A stretch of DNA of 50,182 bases from Chiloscyllium plagiosum. Taxonomy: Eukaryota. Of this stretch, positions 49,335 to 50,182 are shown piece after piece. The DNA is taken from NCBI RefSeq assembly GCF_004010195.1, contig NC_057719.1:247010-297191 (forward strand), given 5' to 3'. A program made the translations under genes and the position numbers. How positions within the stretch are numbered: the stretch's first letter is position 1; each line of letters begins with the position of its first letter. The notes beneath the pieces were generated by a model. That model did not search any database. It saw only the letters and a list, made by a program, of their open reading frames with translations, and was not told where the DNA came from.

Positions 49335-49660
49335 CTTCAAAGTTTGGGAGAAGATTTGTAGCTCGGGTGCTCGTTGTCGTGGTTCTGTTCGCCGAGCTGG
49401 GAATTTGTCTTGCAAACGTTTCGTCCCCTGTCTAGGTGACATCCTCAGTGCTTGGGAGCCTCCTATGAACCGCTTATGTGATGTTTCCTCCGGCATTTAT
49501 TGTGGCCTGTCTCTGCCGCTTCCGGTTGTCAGTTCCAGCTGTCCGCTGTAGTGGCCGGTATATTGGGTCCAGGTCGATGTGTTTGTTGATAGAGTCTGTG
49601 GATGAGTGCCATGCCTCTAGGAATTCCCTGGCTGTTCTCTGTTTGGCTTGCCCTATAATG
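49335..49660 (-). mobile_element. Penelope/Poseidon-like (family C) 3' fragment
   Basis: Matches 35706-36192. Hammerhead motif at 49412-49451 with a GUU triplet. Confidence 0.82.
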
Positions 49661-49947
49661 GTCTGTTCCTTAAAGCACTCCAGTAGTCAGCTTGCCAAAT
49701 TGAAAAAGATCCATTTATTTCAACTCATTGCTTGCCAATTAACCAATCCTCTATCCACAGTAATATAAAAATCCTAATTCCATACATCTTTATCTTACAT
49801 ACTAATCTTTTATGAAATACATTTTCAAAATCTAGGTACATTTACTGGTTTTCTGTTATCAATGCCATGATCTTCAAAACCACTAATTGATTTGGCAAAC
49901 ATAATTTCCCTTCAGAAATCCATGTTAGGTTTGTCTGGTCATATAGG

Positions 49948-50182
49948 TAAAAACAATGACTGCAGATGCTGGAAACCTGGCCGACCCATTGTCTCAGCAT
50001 GTTCCTACCCCACTGAACTCATCTCTACCTACCTCGACACTGTCCTATTCCCCCCTAGTCCAGGAACTCCCCACATACGTTCGAGACATCACCCACGCCC
50101 TCCACTTCCTCCAAGTCTTCCGTTTCCCCGGCCTCCAATGCCTCATCTTCACCATGGATATCCAATCCCTCTACACCTCCAT
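49948..50182 (+). mobile_element. Penelope-like RT fragment preceded by a short inverted terminal piece, runs off the window
   Basis: PGRPIVSACSYPTELISTYLD..LIFTMDIQSLYTS. Confidence 0.8.

Overview
Vertebrate nuclear DNA, most likely a cartilaginous fish (shark), judged from the repeat types: HE1/V-type SINEs, CR1, Rex1/Babar, RTE, L1, Gypsy and many Penelope-like elements. The only recognisable protein-coding gene is GLRX5 (mitochondrial monothiol glutaredoxin, CGFS active site, 171 aa). It lies on the minus strand in two exons (33875-33536 and 23535-23360). A CCAAT/GC-box-rich promoter lies just upstream. About 3 kb beyond it, on the + strand, is a tandem H/ACA scaRNA matching SCARNA13/U93, with intact guide pockets for U2 and U5 snRNA. 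This suggests a divergent non-coding host transcript, like the human GLRX5/SNHG10 arrangement. Most of the rest is decayed retroelement sequence. The most striking extra structure is at least four Penelope-like families whose terminal repeats carry minimal type I hammerhead ribozyme motifs with a 4-nt palindromic stem III. They occur as ~130-bp solo units and as fold-back (inverted-arm) insertions with 9-16 bp target-site duplications. Repeat boundaries were read by eye and are approximate. Family names come from motif recognition, not database searches.
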